A stretch of DNA of 41,467 bases from Bryobacteraceae bacterium (GCA_030044325.1 JASHWA010000013.1:1-41467), one strand, 5' to 3'. Positions 15,105-26,348 are shown, counted from the first letter of the stretch. Translations and numbers: made by a program. Notes: generated by a model not told the origin, from the sequence alone.

Positions 15105-17297
15105 ATGACTCGACTCTGGATCCTGGCTGCGATGTGCTCAGTTGGCCTTGCGGCGAGCAGCAGCATCGTCGTGCCTAATGCGAGCGCGACGACCGCCGGA
15201 AATGACAACTCCGGCCTTCCCGCGGACTATTTTTTTTACATCCGGTCTCAAACTGTAGTCGACCCGGATCAGTTCAGCTCGATTACCGGCCCGGTTTACA
15301 TCACCGGGATGGCATTTCGAGCCGCGCCGGGAATGGGCTCGCTAAACCTGGAGGCGAGCGGGAGCATTTCTCTCTCTACCAGCCTCACTTACGCGAACAC
15401 AACCGGGCATCCGGGCCTGAGCCTCACGTTTGCGAACAACGTAGGACCAGATAACACGCTGGTGTTTTCGGGTAGCGCGGCGCTCACCGGGCCCGGGTGC
15501 GCTGGACCGGCTCCGTGCCCCTTCGGGCCTCCCGTCGCCTTCACCGCGCCGTTTCTCTATAATCCCGCCAACGGTCCGCTTTTGTTCGACATGACGGACA
15601 CCTTTATTGGCGTGACCAGCGGACAAATCGACATTCAGGACTGTAATCCCGCAAGCTGTTCCGTTTCTGGCATCGACTCTACTACTCCCGGAGCGGCCGC
15701 GGCGCCACAAGTCAATGCGAGCGGAACCATTATGGAGATCTTTTATGTACCCGCGGCGCAATCGACGACCAACGTCACACTCAATCTGACCTTCAGCTCC
15801 ATTGGCGCCACGGTGCTCAACCAGATGAACGCCGTCGAAAGCGGCTCGGCCGGCTCGCTCGGCAACGCGACCTTGTACATCACCAGCTCTCAACCGAAAA
15901 GCAGTGGCGCGTTGCAAGGGCCTGTCCAAGTCACCGCGCAGCTCTTTTTCGATCAGCTCGACAGCATCACGGCGAGCTTTACCGAAAGCAACGTGAACTT
16001 CGCCGCCTCGCCGCCCTTCACTATCTCCGGAGGAACGATCACCGGAGGAACCGGCATGTACGGCGGCGCGAGCGGATCGCTGAGTCTTACTTTCAATCAA
16101 AACGCAAACGGCGTCTACACCACCACAGGTTCCGGAAGCGTGACGGTCAATGGGACGACCACGCAACTAACGCTTTCGAATTTCGCCGGGTCGTCGATCG
16201 CCAATGCGCAGGAGTACTACAGTGGTGGAACCGCGACTGGCACGGCGAGCCCGCTCGGAAGCGCGAGCGCAACCCTCAAAATCGACAACGCCAATACACC
16301 GCCCGAGCCTTCAATCGGCGTCCTGACCGTAAGGCCGAACGCGACCGACAGCTTCAATATTTACTTCTCGGTTTCCGGCTTGACTTCGGGCGGCCCGAGC
16401 TTTCCCGCTACAGTCACCGGCGGCACGGGAGCCTACGCTGGTGCGACCGGCTCATTCATGCTGGCGCTTGGTGGCAACAGCACTTCAGGCTATACGATCC
16501 AGGGCACCGGGACGCTGACCAGCGCCGCGAGCGGCGTGCCGATCATCACTTCCGTGAAGACTGCGTTCGGCGCGCCCGTTGTCGCATACAACACCTGGCT
16601 CCAGATCAACGGGATCAATCTCGCACCGTCCAGCACCGCATCGGCCGGAGTCGTGTGGAGCAACGCGTCGAGCTTCGCCCAAAACATGATGCCATCGCAG
16701 CTTGGGCCGATCAGCGTCACGGTTGATGGACTTCCCGCGTATATTTTCTTCTATTGCAGCGCCTCGACCGATCCGGCCTGCACGGCGGGCGACCAGATCA
16801 ATGTGCTGGCGCCACTCGATACCAACAATGTCCCGTACCCGGTGGAAGTCGTCGTAACCAACAATGGCGTTGCGAGCGCGCCGTTCACGGTCTTGAACAA
16901 CGGCCTTTCACCGACCTTCCCGCTCTACGACGCGACTGGCCACGTGGTCGCGCGGCACCTGAACTACAATCTTCTCGGACCCGCGAGTCTGTTCCCCGGG
17001 TCATCCACGCCAGCCACTCCGGGTGAAGAGATCATCCTGGTGCTCTACGGGCTCGGTCCGCCGAGCGGAACCGCACCGACCGCCGGGTCGGCAACCCAAA
17101 GCGGCTCGATGCCCAGCCCCATCCAGTGCTGGATTTCGGGGCAACCGGCGAGCGTGGTGGGGTTCGATTTGATCAGCCCGGGACTCTACCAACTGAACAT
17201 CACCGTTCCGGCTTCCACGCCCGCAGGTGACAACCCGATCGCATGCAACTACAACGGCTACCCGACCTTCCCTGGCGCGTTGATTAATGTTCAATAG
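15105..17297 (+). CDS. Secreted Thr/Ser/Gly-rich protein with a Solibacter-type C-terminal domain (TIGR03437-like, IPT/TIG-like)
   Basis: ATG at 15105 follows GGGAGGAGGGG. The signal peptide is MTRLWILAAMCSVGLAASSSIVVPNASA. The C-terminus reads WLQINGINLAP...VTVDGLPAYIFFY...QINVLAP...VVTNNGVASAPFTV...EIILVLYGLGP...LISPGLYQLNITVPASTPAGDNPI. Confidence 0.8.
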   Translation: MTRLWILAAMCSVGLAASSSIVVPNASATTAGNDNSGLPADYFFYIRSQTVVDPDQFSSITGPVYITGMAFRAAPGMGSLNLEASGSISLSTSLTYANTTGHPGLSLTFANNVGPDNTLVFSGSAALTGPGCAGPAPCPFGPPVAFTAPFLYNPANGPLLFDMTDTFIGVTSGQIDIQDCNPASCSVSGIDSTTPGAAAAPQVNASGTIMEIFYVPAAQSTTNVTLNLTFSSIGATVLNQMNAVESGSAGSLGNATLYITSSQPKSSGALQGPVQVTAQLFFDQLDSITASFTESNVNFAASPPFTISGGTITGGTGMYGGASGSLSLTFNQNANGVYTTTGSGSVTVNGTTTQLTLSNFAGSSIANAQEYYSGGTATGTASPLGSASATLKIDNANTPPEPSIGVLTVRPNATDSFNIYFSVSGLTSGGPSFPATVTGGTGAYAGATGSFMLALGGNSTSGYTIQGTGTLTSAASGVPIITSVKTAFGAPVVAYNTWLQINGINLAPSSTASAGVVWSNASSFAQNMMPSQLGPISVTVDGLPAYIFFYCSASTDPACTAGDQINVLAPLDTNNVPYPVEVVVTNNGVASAPFTVLNNGLSPTFPLYDATGHVVARHLNYNLLGPASLFPGSSTPATPGEEIILVLYGLGPPSGTAPTAGSATQSGSMPSPIQCWISGQPASVVGFDLISPGLYQLNITVPASTPAGDNPIACNYNGYPTFPGALINVQ

Positions 17298-17623
17298 CGC
17301 GCCACGAGTCCGTTTCGAAAGCCATTCCAGCGGCCATTTCAAGTGATCGGACCATACCGAGCGCGCCGATATAACGAAGGCATCCGGCGCCTGCGTGTGG
17401 ACAATGAATATGAATTGGCCGCGCCGAAGAAGCGCCGGAAGCACGACTGGGCGGAAGGGCGAACTCGCAGCGGTGCGCATCGGGCCGCAGTATCCCGATC
17501 GCCTGATCGGGCACGTTCAACGCCCTGCTGCCGCGGCGCCACCGCAGCCACCAGCGATCATCTCCACCGCGGCGCCGCTCCCCCGCACTTGCGGTGAGGA
17601 AGAAGCGCCGCGGCCCGAGCGAA

Positions 17624-18037
17624 TCACGACGGCTTTGCGAGATACCAGACGAACCACATGAACTCGCGTGGATCGTGCCCGCGCGCTTCCCAGCGCTCGA
17701 TGCGGCCGGGAAATGCCTTTCGGCCCTCCTCGATCAGATCGAGCGGGGTGACGAACCTGTCGAAATGTTCGAGCGCCAGGCGCGCGCATTCGTTCACGTA
17801 ATCGTCCCGCGGGAGATCCGCCGGCGCCCAACGCGTCGGATCGACTTCGATCCAGTACACCTCAGCGGTTCCGTCCGGAAGCCGGAACTGAAGCTGCCCG
17901 CCGATATTCACCAGGTTCAGCGCGCGCCCAGCCTCGATCACGCACGGAATGTCCTCGACGCGCCAAGCGTACTCGTTGCCGTTCAGATTTGCGCGTTGGA
18001 GTATCTCGGCGGGCAGCAGCTCGATAGGGTCCTTCAT
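17624..18037 (-). CDS. Hypothetical protein (137 aa), possibly an immunity-protein-like alpha/beta fold
   Basis: A clean ORF with protein-like composition: NEYAWRVEDIPCVIEAGRALNLVNIGGQLQFRLPDGTAEVYWIEVD. The immunity-like resemblance is a weak impression only. Confidence 0.6.
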   Translation of the reverse strand: MKDPIELLPAEILQRANLNGNEYAWRVEDIPCVIEAGRALNLVNIGGQLQFRLPDGTAEVYWIEVDPTRWAPADLPRDDYVNECARLALEHFDRFVTPLDLIEEGRKAFPGRIERWEARGHDPREFMWFVWYLAKPS

Positions 18038-18104
18038 GAGCGGATACTATGATAACGATGGCGGTTTCTTTTATATCTGAGCACGGTGATATGCTGCGAA
18101 TCAG

Positions 18105-18509
18105 ATGCCAACCGAACATATCGTAGCTTTGCTCATCGCCGAACGTGATCGCTTGTCTCGCGCGATCGATGCCCTACACCCACCATCGCGTCGCCGCGGT
18201 CGACGGCCAGCAAAGGCCACAAACGCCGCTCCTGCTACTGCGGGGCCACCCAGGAAACGCAGGCTCACTGCCGCCGGACGAAGGGCGATCGCAGCGGCAG
18301 CGAGGCGCAGATGGACCGCGATTGAAGCTGCCAAAGCTCCCCAGGCTCCCGCCGTTGCTTCGGCCGCAAAGCCCACGCCGAAAAAACGCCGGATCAGCGC
18401 TGCTGCACGCAAGGCGATGGGGGATGCCGCGAGGCGGCGGTGGGCTGCGGCCAAAGCCGCGAAGTCGGCACCGGCGGCCAAGAAAGGGGCGGGAACCAAA
18501 GCGGCATAG
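18105..18509 (+). CDS. Small basic Ala/Lys/Arg-rich protein; the only intact full-length member of the dispersed family (copy A)
   Basis: MPTEHIVALLIAERDRLSRAIDAL followed by two internal repeats, KRRLTAAGRRAIAAAARRRWTAIEAAKA and KKRRISAAARKAMGDAARRRWAAAKAAKS, ending AAKKGAGTKAA*. The upstream sequence TTTCTTTTATATCTGAGCACGGTGATATGCT is shared with copy B. Confidence 0.55.
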   Translation: MPTEHIVALLIAERDRLSRAIDALHPPSRRRGRRPAKATNAAPATAGPPRKRRLTAAGRRAIAAAARRRWTAIEAAKAPQAPAVASAAKPTPKKRRISAAARKAMGDAARRRWAAAKAAKSAPAAKKGAGTKAA

Positions 18510-18519
18510 CACAAGCGCC

Positions 18520-18955
18520 GATGCGATAGGACGCTGTCCCGTATTCCTCGAAATGGATCGCGACGGCGCCCTCGTCCATGTTCGACGTTGACCCGCCGGT
18601 GAACACCGTCCCATGGGCCGTCGTCAAAACAAATTCGCGATGACTCTTGGAGCTTTTTAGAAGACGAAGTTCATAGCGTGACAGCGGGTCAATAGGCGCC
18701 CGACCGCGCACAACGAACCGCGCATCAGACGGTACACGCACGGGGGAGCGGTCGGATTTTATTTCCGTTGTCATCTTCACAGAAGCGTATCCGGGCAGGG
18801 CCTTCGTCTTGGCGTGGAATGTGACCGTCTCGCGTTCCAGCTCGATCAGTTTCCGCCGGGATCGAGCGCGGCGAAACCATTGATGTATTGAGGCTCCGTG
18901 ACGCTTTGTGCGGAGATGATCGCTCCGATCACAAGCAGCAATGTGATGCGTTTCA
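18520..18955 (-). pseudogene. Small secreted protein gene with a 1-nt frameshift (or a sequencing indel) at an A-run near 18850
   Basis: The signal-peptide ORF MKRITLLLVIGAIISAQSVTEPQYINGFAALDPGGN* (18955 down to 18846) continues in another frame as KLIELERETVTFHAKTKALPGYASVKMTTEIKSDRSPVRVPSDARFVVRG...EGAVAIHFEEYGTASYRI. The second frame has no stop until 18394, inside repeat copy A. Confidence 0.4.
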
Positions 18956-18987
18956 TATACCGTCCTCGCTTGATCATTTTGGCACGA

Positions 18988-19290
18988 CTGCCAACGACAT
19001 GGCCGGCAACCTCGCACCGGCCAGCCGAAGGAACGTGCAAGAAGCCCAACAACAGCGCTACTGGTCGAAAGGCGATCGCAGAAGCCGCTCGCTGGCGCTG
19101 GGCCGCTGTTAACGGCCAGCAAGGCGGCTCCAGAATTATCGAACTCGCCGGCCGCAACGAAGACCGCCCCGCAAGTGCAAACGAGTCGCAGAAAAACGCC
19201 TGGCACTCCTGCGTCCAAACGCCGCTTCCTGCTCGCAGTCGGGGCGGCGTTTTTGCGTCGCGACTCAGGTGCAACGGCCAGCAATTGCCT
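18988..19290 (+). repeat. Degenerate copy D of the small basic gene family
   Basis: ACTGCCAACGACAT resembles the family start ATGCCAACCGAACA. KKPNNSATGRKAIAEAARWRWAAV is in frame, and the second repeat unit is recognisable only across frames. Confidence 0.5.
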
Positions 19291-19354
19291 GGTTCGAGCC
19301 TCTAATCCATCACGTGGCGCCGCAAAACGCGCGAATGATACTAAGGACCGGTCT

Positions 19355-21991
19355 TCATTCGTGGCGGGATTTCACCGCGAGCGCCTTGGCTTTCGCCTCC
19401 CCAGCGGCGGCGCGAGCGCCGCTCTGCTCTAGCGCCTGAACGAGCGTTTCGAGCAACGCGGCGTCTTTGGACTGCGTCGCCTCCACGGCGCGGCGCGCCC
19501 ATTGGACCGCCTCCGCAGGACGGCGAAGATCGCGCGGCTCACAGCTCAGCAGGTCCGAAGCGTAGGCGTTCATTTCCTGGGCAGTCGCTCCGGAACGGCT
19601 TGCCTGCTGTCTCGCGATTTCAAGGCTGCGCAGCGCCATGCGCCGCGACTCCTGCGTTTCGCCGCGTCGGGAGAGAAGATCGCTCAGGACCAACAGAGTC
19701 TCCGCGAGGTTATCGCGCCATAACATATTGTCCGGCTGAATCGCGAGGAGGCGCTCGATCCACGCGAGGCTTTTTCGATCGTGGGCGACCGCTTCCTCGT
19801 TGGCCCCACCCCTCGCCAACAGGTCTCCAAGATTGCGGTAACCGGCCGCGACGTCCTCTATCGCTTGAAAGTTTGACGGGTCGACGGCGAGCAGCTTTTC
19901 GCCGATCGCGAGGTCCTTGCGCTCGAAATCGAGCGCATCCCTGACGCGTCCCATTTTCCCGCTACAGTCCGCCAGGCGGCCATACACCACCGAAACCGCG
20001 CGGCGCAGATCCGCGTTTTCCGGATCTTCAAGCGACAATTTCTCCAGGCCCGCGAGGGACGCGCGATAACCATCCAGAGCTTCCCCATAGCGCTGCAGCG
20101 CCATGAGCACGTCAGCGATCTTCAGCCGCGTCACTTCGCTATCGCGCGCTAACGACCGGCGGCGGGACGCGTCCGCTTCGATTCCGGCGCACTCGGTCTC
20201 GAGCCCCAGCGATTTGCGGTAATTTTCGAGCGCACCGGCCTTGTCGTCTATGTTCACCATGGTCGACTCGCCGAGCGCGTCGCCGATGCGGTTGTATAAG
20301 CCCGAAAGATCCTCGCAATCGGAGGCGTTGGCCGGATTGCCGCGCCGCAGCGTCTCCAAACTCGCCTGCGCGGCGCGAAGATGTTCCAGCGCTTTGGTGG
20401 GCTCGCCTTTGGCGGTGAGAATCAAGCCGATGCGACCCTCATCGAGCGCCAGATTCCGAGCCGCGGCCGGGTTTTTCGGATCGCTGCGGGAAACCTGGCG
20501 CGCGATCGCCATCGATTTCCGGTAGTTGTTCAAAGCTTCATCCGTATCTCCCAGGCTGGGCCAAAAGGGCCGGCCCTGCACGTCGCCGATTTTGCGATAG
20601 GCTTCCGCGAGCTCAAGCTGAAGCGAGCGGTCATTGCCGGCTTCCTGCGCGAGACTGTCCAGATACTGGAGCGATTTGGCCACCAGGTTTCGCCGCGGCG
20701 TCGTCGCGCCGGCCAGAAATCGGAGCTGATCATCGAAATCGAAAACGATCCAGTGCGCCAGATTGCGGATATCGTTGAAGCGGCGTTCGGCGCGATTTCG
20801 TTCCACCCACGTGGACGCGACCCCGGCGGCGAGCGTCAACGCCACCAGCGCGACCGCCGCGACCCCCGTCTTGTGCCGGCGCAGATACTTCGCGCTCCGG
20901 TACCCCACCGAGTCCTTGTGCGCGACGACCGGAAAGCCTTCGAGATAGCGCCGGATATCTTCGGAAAACTGCTCGGCCGATCCGTACCGCCGCTCGGGCT
21001 CCTTGCGCATCGCCATCAGGACGATGTTGTCGAGGTCGCCGGCGAGCTCGCGCCGCGCCTGATCGGATTGCGCCGCCGCGCTAGGTTTGGCAGGCTCGGT
21101 CTCCAAGATGGCCCGCTCTAAATCGGCGGTGGAAAGCGAGCCCCGGAACGGGCGCACTCCCGCTACCAGCTGATACAGGAGGACGCCGAGCGAATAGACA
21201 TCCGTCGCGGTGGTGATCACCCCGCCGCGGATCTGCTCCGGGCTGGCGTAGGCGGGAGTCATCGGGCGCGATTCGGCGCGGGTGACCTCCGCCGGCGCCT
21301 CCAGCAGCTTAGCGATTCCGAAATCGAGCAGCTTGGGGACGCCCTGCGCCGTCACCAGGAGGTTGGCCGGCTTGATATCCCGATGCACGATCAGGTGCCG
21401 ATGCGCGTAGTCGACCGCGTCGCAGACGGTACGGAACAGCTTAAGGCGTTCGCCGAGGGAAAGCTTGCGCTCGTCGCAATATCGATCGATCGGCGTCCCT
21501 TCGACGTAATCGAGCACCAGGTAGGGCAGACCGTCCTCCGTCGCGCCGCCGTCGAGCAGCTTGGCGATATTGGGATGGTCCAGATTGGCGAGCACCTGCC
21601 GCTCCTGCCGCAGGCGCATGAGCAGCTCCACGCTGATCAGCCCCGGCCGCGCGACCTTGATCGCCACGCGCTGTTCATACGCCTCCAGGCGCGAGGCGAC
21701 GTACACCGCGCCCATCCCCCCCGTCCCGATGCACTGGAGGATTCGGTACGGCCCGATCTCGCGCCCCAGCATCGGATCGATCGTCTCCGGCAGCCCGACG
21801 GGATTCATCGACCCGGTTCGATCCAGAAATGCGTCCGGCTCGTCGGCCGACGCCAGCAGACTCTCGATCTCTGCGCGAAGCCCGGCGTCGCCGCCGCAAG
21901 CCTCGTCGAGGAGCGCGCGTCGGTCTTCCGCCGATCGCTCCAGCGCTCGGTGGAACAATTCCTTTACACGCTCCCATTGCTCGGTTTGCAT
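19355..21991 (-). CDS. Ser/Thr protein kinase with one TM segment and a C-terminal TPR region
   Basis: The N-terminal leader is [18 protein letters not shown]...[22 protein letters not shown]. Kinase motifs are [32 protein letters not shown] and PAYASPEQ. The TM segment is [17 protein letters not shown], followed by long TPR-like repeats. Confidence 0.9.
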   Translation of the reverse strand: MQTEQWERVKELFHRALERSAEDRRALLDEACGGDAGLRAEIESLLASADEPDAFLDRTGSMNPVGLPETIDPMLGREIGPYRILQCIGTGGMGAVYVASRLEAYEQRVAIKVARPGLISVELLMRLRQERQVLANLDHPNIAKLLDGGATEDGLPYLVLDYVEGTPIDRYCDERKLSLGERLKLFRTVCDAVDYAHRHLIVHRDIKPANLLVTAQGVPKLLDFGIAKLLEAPAEVTRAESRPMTPAYASPEQIRGGVITTATDVYSLGVLLYQLVAGVRPFRGSLSTADLERAILETEPAKPSAAAQSDQARRELAGDLDNIVLMAMRKEPERRYGSAEQFSEDIRRYLEGFPVVAHKDSVGYRSAKYLRRHKTGVAAVALVALTLAAGVASTWVERNRAERRFNDIRNLAHWIVFDFDDQLRFLAGATTPRRNLVAKSLQYLDSLAQEAGNDRSLQLELAEAYRKIGDVQGRPFWPSLGDTDEALNNYRKSMAIARQVSRSDPKNPAAARNLALDEGRIGLILTAKGEPTKALEHLRAAQASLETLRRGNPANASDCEDLSGLYNRIGDALGESTMVNIDDKAGALENYRKSLGLETECAGIEADASRRRSLARDSEVTRLKIADVLMALQRYGEALDGYRASLAGLEKLSLEDPENADLRRAVSVVYGRLADCSGKMGRVRDALDFERKDLAIGEKLLAVDPSNFQAIEDVAAGYRNLGDLLARGGANEEAVAHDRKSLAWIERLLAIQPDNMLWRDNLAETLLVLSDLLSRRGETQESRRMALRSLEIARQQASRSGATAQEMNAYASDLLSCEPRDLRRPAEAVQWARRAVEATQSKDAALLETLVQALEQSGARAAAGEAKAKALAVKSRHE

Positions 21992-21994
21992 CGT

Positions 21995-22588
21995 TTATGG
22001 GCTCCGGCGTGTCATTTCCCGCTTCAGCCACGCCCGCGCAAGCGACCACTCGCGCTTGACTGTGGCCACGGAGATCCCCATCGCTTCGGCGATTTCTTCG
22101 TTTCCCAGACCGCCGTAAAACCGCAGCTCGACCAGTCTCGCCTGCCTCGCATCGAGCTTCTCCAGCCGGTCGAGCGCTTCCTCGAGATCGATGATTCCGG
22201 CCAGATCATCGTTAAAACCCGCGACCGCCTGATCGCCGGCCTCTCCTTCGTCGAGCGGCAATTTCGGCTGTTCGCCTCCGCGCTTGGCGGCATGATGCGC
22301 GCGTGCGTGATCCACCAGAATCTGGCGCATGAGCCGCGCCGCGACGCCGATGAAATGCGCGCGGTCCTGCCACTTCGCTTCCGGCTGATCGACCATCCGC
22401 AGGTACGCTTCGTTGACCAGCGCGGTAGCCTGAAGCGTATGATTCGCGCGCTCCCGTCCCAAATAGCGCCCGGCCAGGCGGCGAAGTTCGGTATACAGGA
22501 GCGGAACCAGCCGCTCAGCCGCGATCTGATCGCCGGCGCGCAATTCTGCGATGAGCGCGGTGACTTCCCCGCGCGGAATCGGTTCCAC
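21995..22588 (-). CDS. ECF RNA polymerase sigma factor (TIGR02999-type, the kinase-associated ECF group)
   Basis: EVTALIAELRAGDQIAAERLVPLLYTELRRLAGRYLGRERANHTLQATALVNEAYLRMV...WQDRAHFIGVAARLMRQILVDHARA, plus region 4 VELRFYGGLGNEEIAEAMGISVATVKREW. The stop is 3 nt from the kinase ATG. Confidence 0.9.
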   Translation of the reverse strand: MEPIPRGEVTALIAELRAGDQIAAERLVPLLYTELRRLAGRYLGRERANHTLQATALVNEAYLRMVDQPEAKWQDRAHFIGVAARLMRQILVDHARAHHAAKRGGEQPKLPLDEGEAGDQAVAGFNDDLAGIIDLEEALDRLEKLDARQARLVELRFYGGLGNEEIAEAMGISVATVKREWSLARAWLKREMTRRSP

Positions 22589-22614
22589 GGCGTTATTGTA
22601 TATCCGCTCATCCG

Positions 22615-22866
22615 CTACGTCCTAGCTGACGCCGGCTTTGCACCGTCGGGATGAACGCGACCTGGCTTCGTTCCACTAGATTTCTTGCCGCCGCGCGGCG
22701 CCGCCGGGCCGATCGGTTTTTGCACCGGACGGAGGGGGTTCCACACGCCGCTCCGGTTGATTCCGGAACCACGTGGCGACATCCCCCGCATCGGGAAACG
22801 GGATTGCGCCGAGGCCGCACCCGCCAGGCCGAGCGCCAGGATCGACAAAAGAATGCTTCGCATCAT
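22615..22866 (-). CDS. Possible small secreted Pro/Gly/Arg-rich protein upstream of the sigma-kinase pair
   Basis: The signal peptide MMRSILLSILALGLAGAASAQ is convincing, but the rest is low complexity. The ORF ends 26 nt upstream of the sigma gene. Confidence 0.4.
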   Translation of the reverse strand: MMRSILLSILALGLAGAASAQSRFPMRGMSPRGSGINRSGVWNPLRPVQKPIGPAAPRGGKKSSGTKPGRVHPDGAKPASART

Positions 22867-23507
22867 GTTCGTTTTTCCTTTCTTTTCGGGAGCTTTTCAC
22901 TCTCCGTTCTTGAATGCGGAACGCGCAGGAAAAACGGCTCACGAACAATTTTTCGAACTACCGAAGAGCATTGATTAACACAACCAGAACGATGCCTCGG
23001 ACAAAGAACAAGCCGCCGGGCGCAACCAGGCTGTTGTCCGCCTCCGCCACAAGCTTCCGAATGGGACATTCTAATAATGGTGCAGGACGACCCGACGCTC
23101 CCCACGCGCCGCCCCCAACACGCTCACGGTCGCTTCGTGAACCCATGGCTACAGAGTCATGTTGCACCGCTCCGTGATGGGCGATGGTACGGAATCGAGC
23201 ACCTTCTGCTTCAACCGCTCCCACTGCGCGGGCTTTTCCACTACGGCTAAATCGTTCATTTTGCGTCCTTTTAATGGGCATTAACGGCAACCTGAACCTT
23301 ACCTCTGATGTGCGGACACATCAAGCAGAATTGCCAAAAGGTTGGTCTCGCTTCCCATCCGTTCACGTGGGAAGAAGAGGTGTTCGCGCGCGATCCGCGC
23401 CATCGGTGCGTCCGAAATTCAAGGATACCGTCCGATGGCTCGGGATAGTGAAACGATCGGCAGAGTTTCAGCACTGTGTCATTGAAGTCGTCTGAAGGGA
23501 GTACATC

Positions 23508-24110
23508 GTGCACAAAACGTTTTTTGTCGCCGCTTCTGTAGTTTCGGTCGCGCTATCGGCCATTACCGGCGCAACGAGCGAGCCCCAGTCCCCCCTAGTG
23601 TTTTACAGCAACCACACCAATATGTGCCTCCAGCCAAGCAACGGATCGGTGGCGCCGGGCGCGGCGATCGTCCAGGAGCCGTGCAACCCCAGCGTCAACG
23701 CCACCGCTCAGCAATGGATCCTAATCGTTGTCGGCGGCGGTAACCATTATAAGAACGTCCTCAGCGGCCTTTGCCTGGACGCGCGGGGTAAGGCCCAAGA
23801 TGGAACGCCAGTGCAGCAGTGGACGTGCGACAAAATCACCAACGAGATCTGGGAGCCCCTGGCTTATCCACCCGGCCCGAACGCTCCCAAGGGCCCGGGA
23901 ATCCAGGTGATTTCAAGGGTTTCGGGTAGCAGCGGTTACTGCTTGGATATACCAGGTGGGCAAGTGAAGGCCAGGCTCGCCATGCAGATCTGGAGCTGTA
24001 ATGGAACGGCCTCCCAGAACTGGATGATCGAGGGCGTCGGAAGCTGTATTAACAACCCCATCAATGCTGGTTGTGATCAGCGTCAAATCCCCCCCACGGC
24101 GAAGCAATAA
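23508..24110 (+). CDS. Secreted ricin-type beta-trefoil lectin domain protein
   Basis: GTG start with a signal peptide. It shows three QxW-like motifs (AQQWIL, NEIWEP, SQNWMI) and repeated CLD/CLQ motifs (MCLQP, GLCLDA, YCLDI). Confidence 0.8.
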   Translation: MHKTFFVAASVVSVALSAITGATSEPQSPLVFYSNHTNMCLQPSNGSVAPGAAIVQEPCNPSVNATAQQWILIVVGGGNHYKNVLSGLCLDARGKAQDGTPVQQWTCDKITNEIWEPLAYPPGPNAPKGPGIQVISRVSGSSGYCLDIPGGQVKARLAMQIWSCNGTASQNWMIEGVGSCINNPINAGCDQRQIPPTAKQ

Positions 24111-24179
24111 CAAGGAGCGTTAAACGACGGCAAGGGCTGGAGAGAGGAGGATCTGATCCCTCGAGGCCTCTCTAGAATG

Positions 24180-26348
24180 TCATCGGGTAAGTTCCAGGGT
24201 CGAAGTCGCCCCTGGAAGATTCATCATCCTGGCGATTTTCGGCCAGCGGTGGCTCTCACGAATCGGCTGCATTCGCGGGCTCGGAAGCCAGAACGGCAGA
24301 AGCGGGTCGCGCTGGGCAATCGCCTTTTCGATCCAATCGGCGATATCGTCGGGATCTCCGCAGATCAGATGGTATGTCAGAAAACCGATCGCTGCGCCCT
24401 CCCCGCTCCCATCGCCGAGTTCGGAGAGAACGCTTTCAGCGCCCGTCAGATCGCCGGTCTGTCGCAGCAGGGACGCATACGTCCCGCGAACGAAAGCAGC
24501 CGAGGGCGCGAGCGCGAATGCTCTTTCGGCCCAGGAGAGGCCGCGAAAGAAATCGCCACGCCACATGCATAACGTTGCCATGAAATTATACGCGATGAAT
24601 GAGTTGGAATCGATTTCGAGGATACGCCTGCAGTCGGCTTCGGCCGCATTCAGATCGCAACACAGTAGGAATAAAGCGCGGCTTATGCGGCAGGCCAGAT
24701 TCAGTGGGTCTTCCTGAAGGGCGCGATCCTCCTGCTCGATCGCCTCGCGAACGCGTCCCGTCGCGAACAGGTAACAGGAATAGTAATCGCGTGTGTGCAC
24801 TGAGACGTGTTCGGCGGCCATGGCGATATGGAACAGGCGCCGCGCCTCTTTCCAGTCGTAATCGTAAAACCCGGCGATGTGTCCCAGGCCGGTGAGAGCC
24901 TCCGGCAAAGACTGATCGAGTTCAAGCGCGCGTTGAATCGCGGCCCGCGCCCGCGACATGGCGTAGGCTACGGGGAGGGCGTGGAACCCCGCGGCGTCAA
25001 TCAAACACCCTCCGAGTTCGCTGTACGCCATCGCATAGGCGGGATCAATTGCGATGGCTTCCTGGAGGCACGCGCGACTGAGTTCCAGCGATTCCGGCGT
25101 CGCCTTGGCGCGATTGTGGCGAGCGCGCAGAATGGCGTCGTAAGCGAGCAGTTTCGGCGTGAACTGGGGACGTGCCCGAGGACGCGACGTGAGCTTGAGC
25201 TCGAGGGCGGCGGCAATGCCTGATGCGATATCGTCCTGCAGCTCAAAAACGTCTGCAACTTCACGGTCGAATCGTTCCGACCACACGTGCGCTCCGTCCG
25301 CCGCCGCGATCAACTGCGCCGTCACGCGAAGCCGTTTGCCCGAGCGCCGCACACTGCCCTCCAGGACGTTCGCGACACCCAGCGTCTCAGCGACCCGCCG
25401 GATATCCACATTCTGCCCCTTAAAGGAAAAGGCGGAAGTGCGCGCGATCACCTTCAGGCCCGGTATTTTCACCAGCGCGTTGATAATCTCTTCCGCCAGT
25501 CCGTCGCTGAAATACTCCTGGTCTTCATCGCGACTCATGTTGGCGAAAGGAAGCACGGCAATCGATGGCTTGTCGTCTTGCGGCTCCACGACCGCCTCGA
25601 GCGCAACCCGAAGCTCCGTCGCACTCTGGAAGCGCTCCGCCGGGTACTTTGCCAAACAGCGTCGGACGATTCGATCGAGAGCCACCGGAGCCTGGAGCGG
25701 AGCAGGGTCGTCCCGCAGAACGGCGCTCAATACTTGAGCGATCGTGTCGCCAGGGAAAGCGCGCTGGCCCGAGAGCAGTTCGTACAGCACCGTGCCGAAG
25801 CTGAAGATATCCGAACGTTCATCGAGTGGCTTGCCTACCGCCTGCTCCGGTGACATGTAGGCCGCCGAACCGACCACCGTACGTCCGATTGTTTTCGTAA
25901 CGTTTGAATCGTCTGTGATCGGCATTGCCAGACCGAAGTCGAGCAGCTTGGCCAGTCCCTTCGGGGTCACGAGAATATTGCCGGGTTTGAGATCGCGATG
26001 CAAGATGCGGTGCGAGTGTGCCTCTTCAAGCGCCGCGGCGATCTGAATCCCGAGACGCACCGCCTGATCCGCGGCCATAGGCCCCGCGGGCGACTGGCCC
26101 TCAACAAATTCCATCACCAGGTAATCAGGCCCCAGATCGTAAATCTGACAGATATTATTGTGATTCAGCGCCGCGATTGCGCGCGCCTCGTGATCAAATC
26201 GAGTCACATGCTCGGGCGCCAGCCGCTTGATCGCCACGACCCGATTCAATCGGGTATCGCGCGCCTTCCACACTTCTCCCATGCCGCCCGCGCCGATCAG
26301 AGCGAGGATCTCATATGGCCCCAGGCGAGTACCGGCTGAAAGCGACAT
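24180..26348 (-). CDS. Ser/Thr protein kinase with a SIAVLPF-type module and C-terminal TPR
   Basis: I chose the start at ATG 26348 (MSLSAGTRLGPYEILALIGAGGMGEVWKARD). Kinase motifs are HRDLKPGNIL, DFGLA and AAYMSPEQ. Then comes PSIAVLPFANMSRDEDQEYFSDGLAEEIINALVKIPGLKVIARTSAFSFKG and TPR. The track ORF extends a further 91 codons upstream, and those codons look non-coding. Confidence 0.9.
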   Translation of the reverse strand: MSLSAGTRLGPYEILALIGAGGMGEVWKARDTRLNRVVAIKRLAPEHVTRFDHEARAIAALNHNNICQIYDLGPDYLVMEFVEGQSPAGPMAADQAVRLGIQIAAALEEAHSHRILHRDLKPGNILVTPKGLAKLLDFGLAMPITDDSNVTKTIGRTVVGSAAYMSPEQAVGKPLDERSDIFSFGTVLYELLSGQRAFPGDTIAQVLSAVLRDDPAPLQAPVALDRIVRRCLAKYPAERFQSATELRVALEAVVEPQDDKPSIAVLPFANMSRDEDQEYFSDGLAEEIINALVKIPGLKVIARTSAFSFKGQNVDIRRVAETLGVANVLEGSVRRSGKRLRVTAQLIAAADGAHVWSERFDREVADVFELQDDIASGIAAALELKLTSRPRARPQFTPKLLAYDAILRARHNRAKATPESLELSRACLQEAIAIDPAYAMAYSELGGCLIDAAGFHALPVAYAMSRARAAIQRALELDQSLPEALTGLGHIAGFYDYDWKEARRLFHIAMAAEHVSVHTRDYYSCYLFATGRVREAIEQEDRALQEDPLNLACRISRALFLLCCDLNAAEADCRRILEIDSNSFIAYNFMATLCMWRGDFFRGLSWAERAFALAPSAAFVRGTYASLLRQTGDLTGAESVLSELGDGSGEGAAIGFLTYHLICGDPDDIADWIEKAIAQRDPLLPFWLPSPRMQPIRESHRWPKIARMMNLPGATSTLELTR

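Noticed and set aside
18394-19284. 296-aa minus-strand ORF as a single gene
   Set aside because: It is a composite. Its upstream third is antisense to repeat copy D, its tail is antisense to copy A, and only the middle looks coding. The middle connects by a 1-nt shift to a separate signal-peptide ORF.
21383-22654. 423-aa ORF on the + strand
   Set aside because: It lies antisense across the kinase N-terminus and the whole ECF sigma gene, both of which have unmistakable family motifs. It is a shadow ORF. The same reasoning rejects 20381..21121, 25159..25737, 25287..25853, 29301..29957, 29458..30153, 37937..38584 and 15342..16166.
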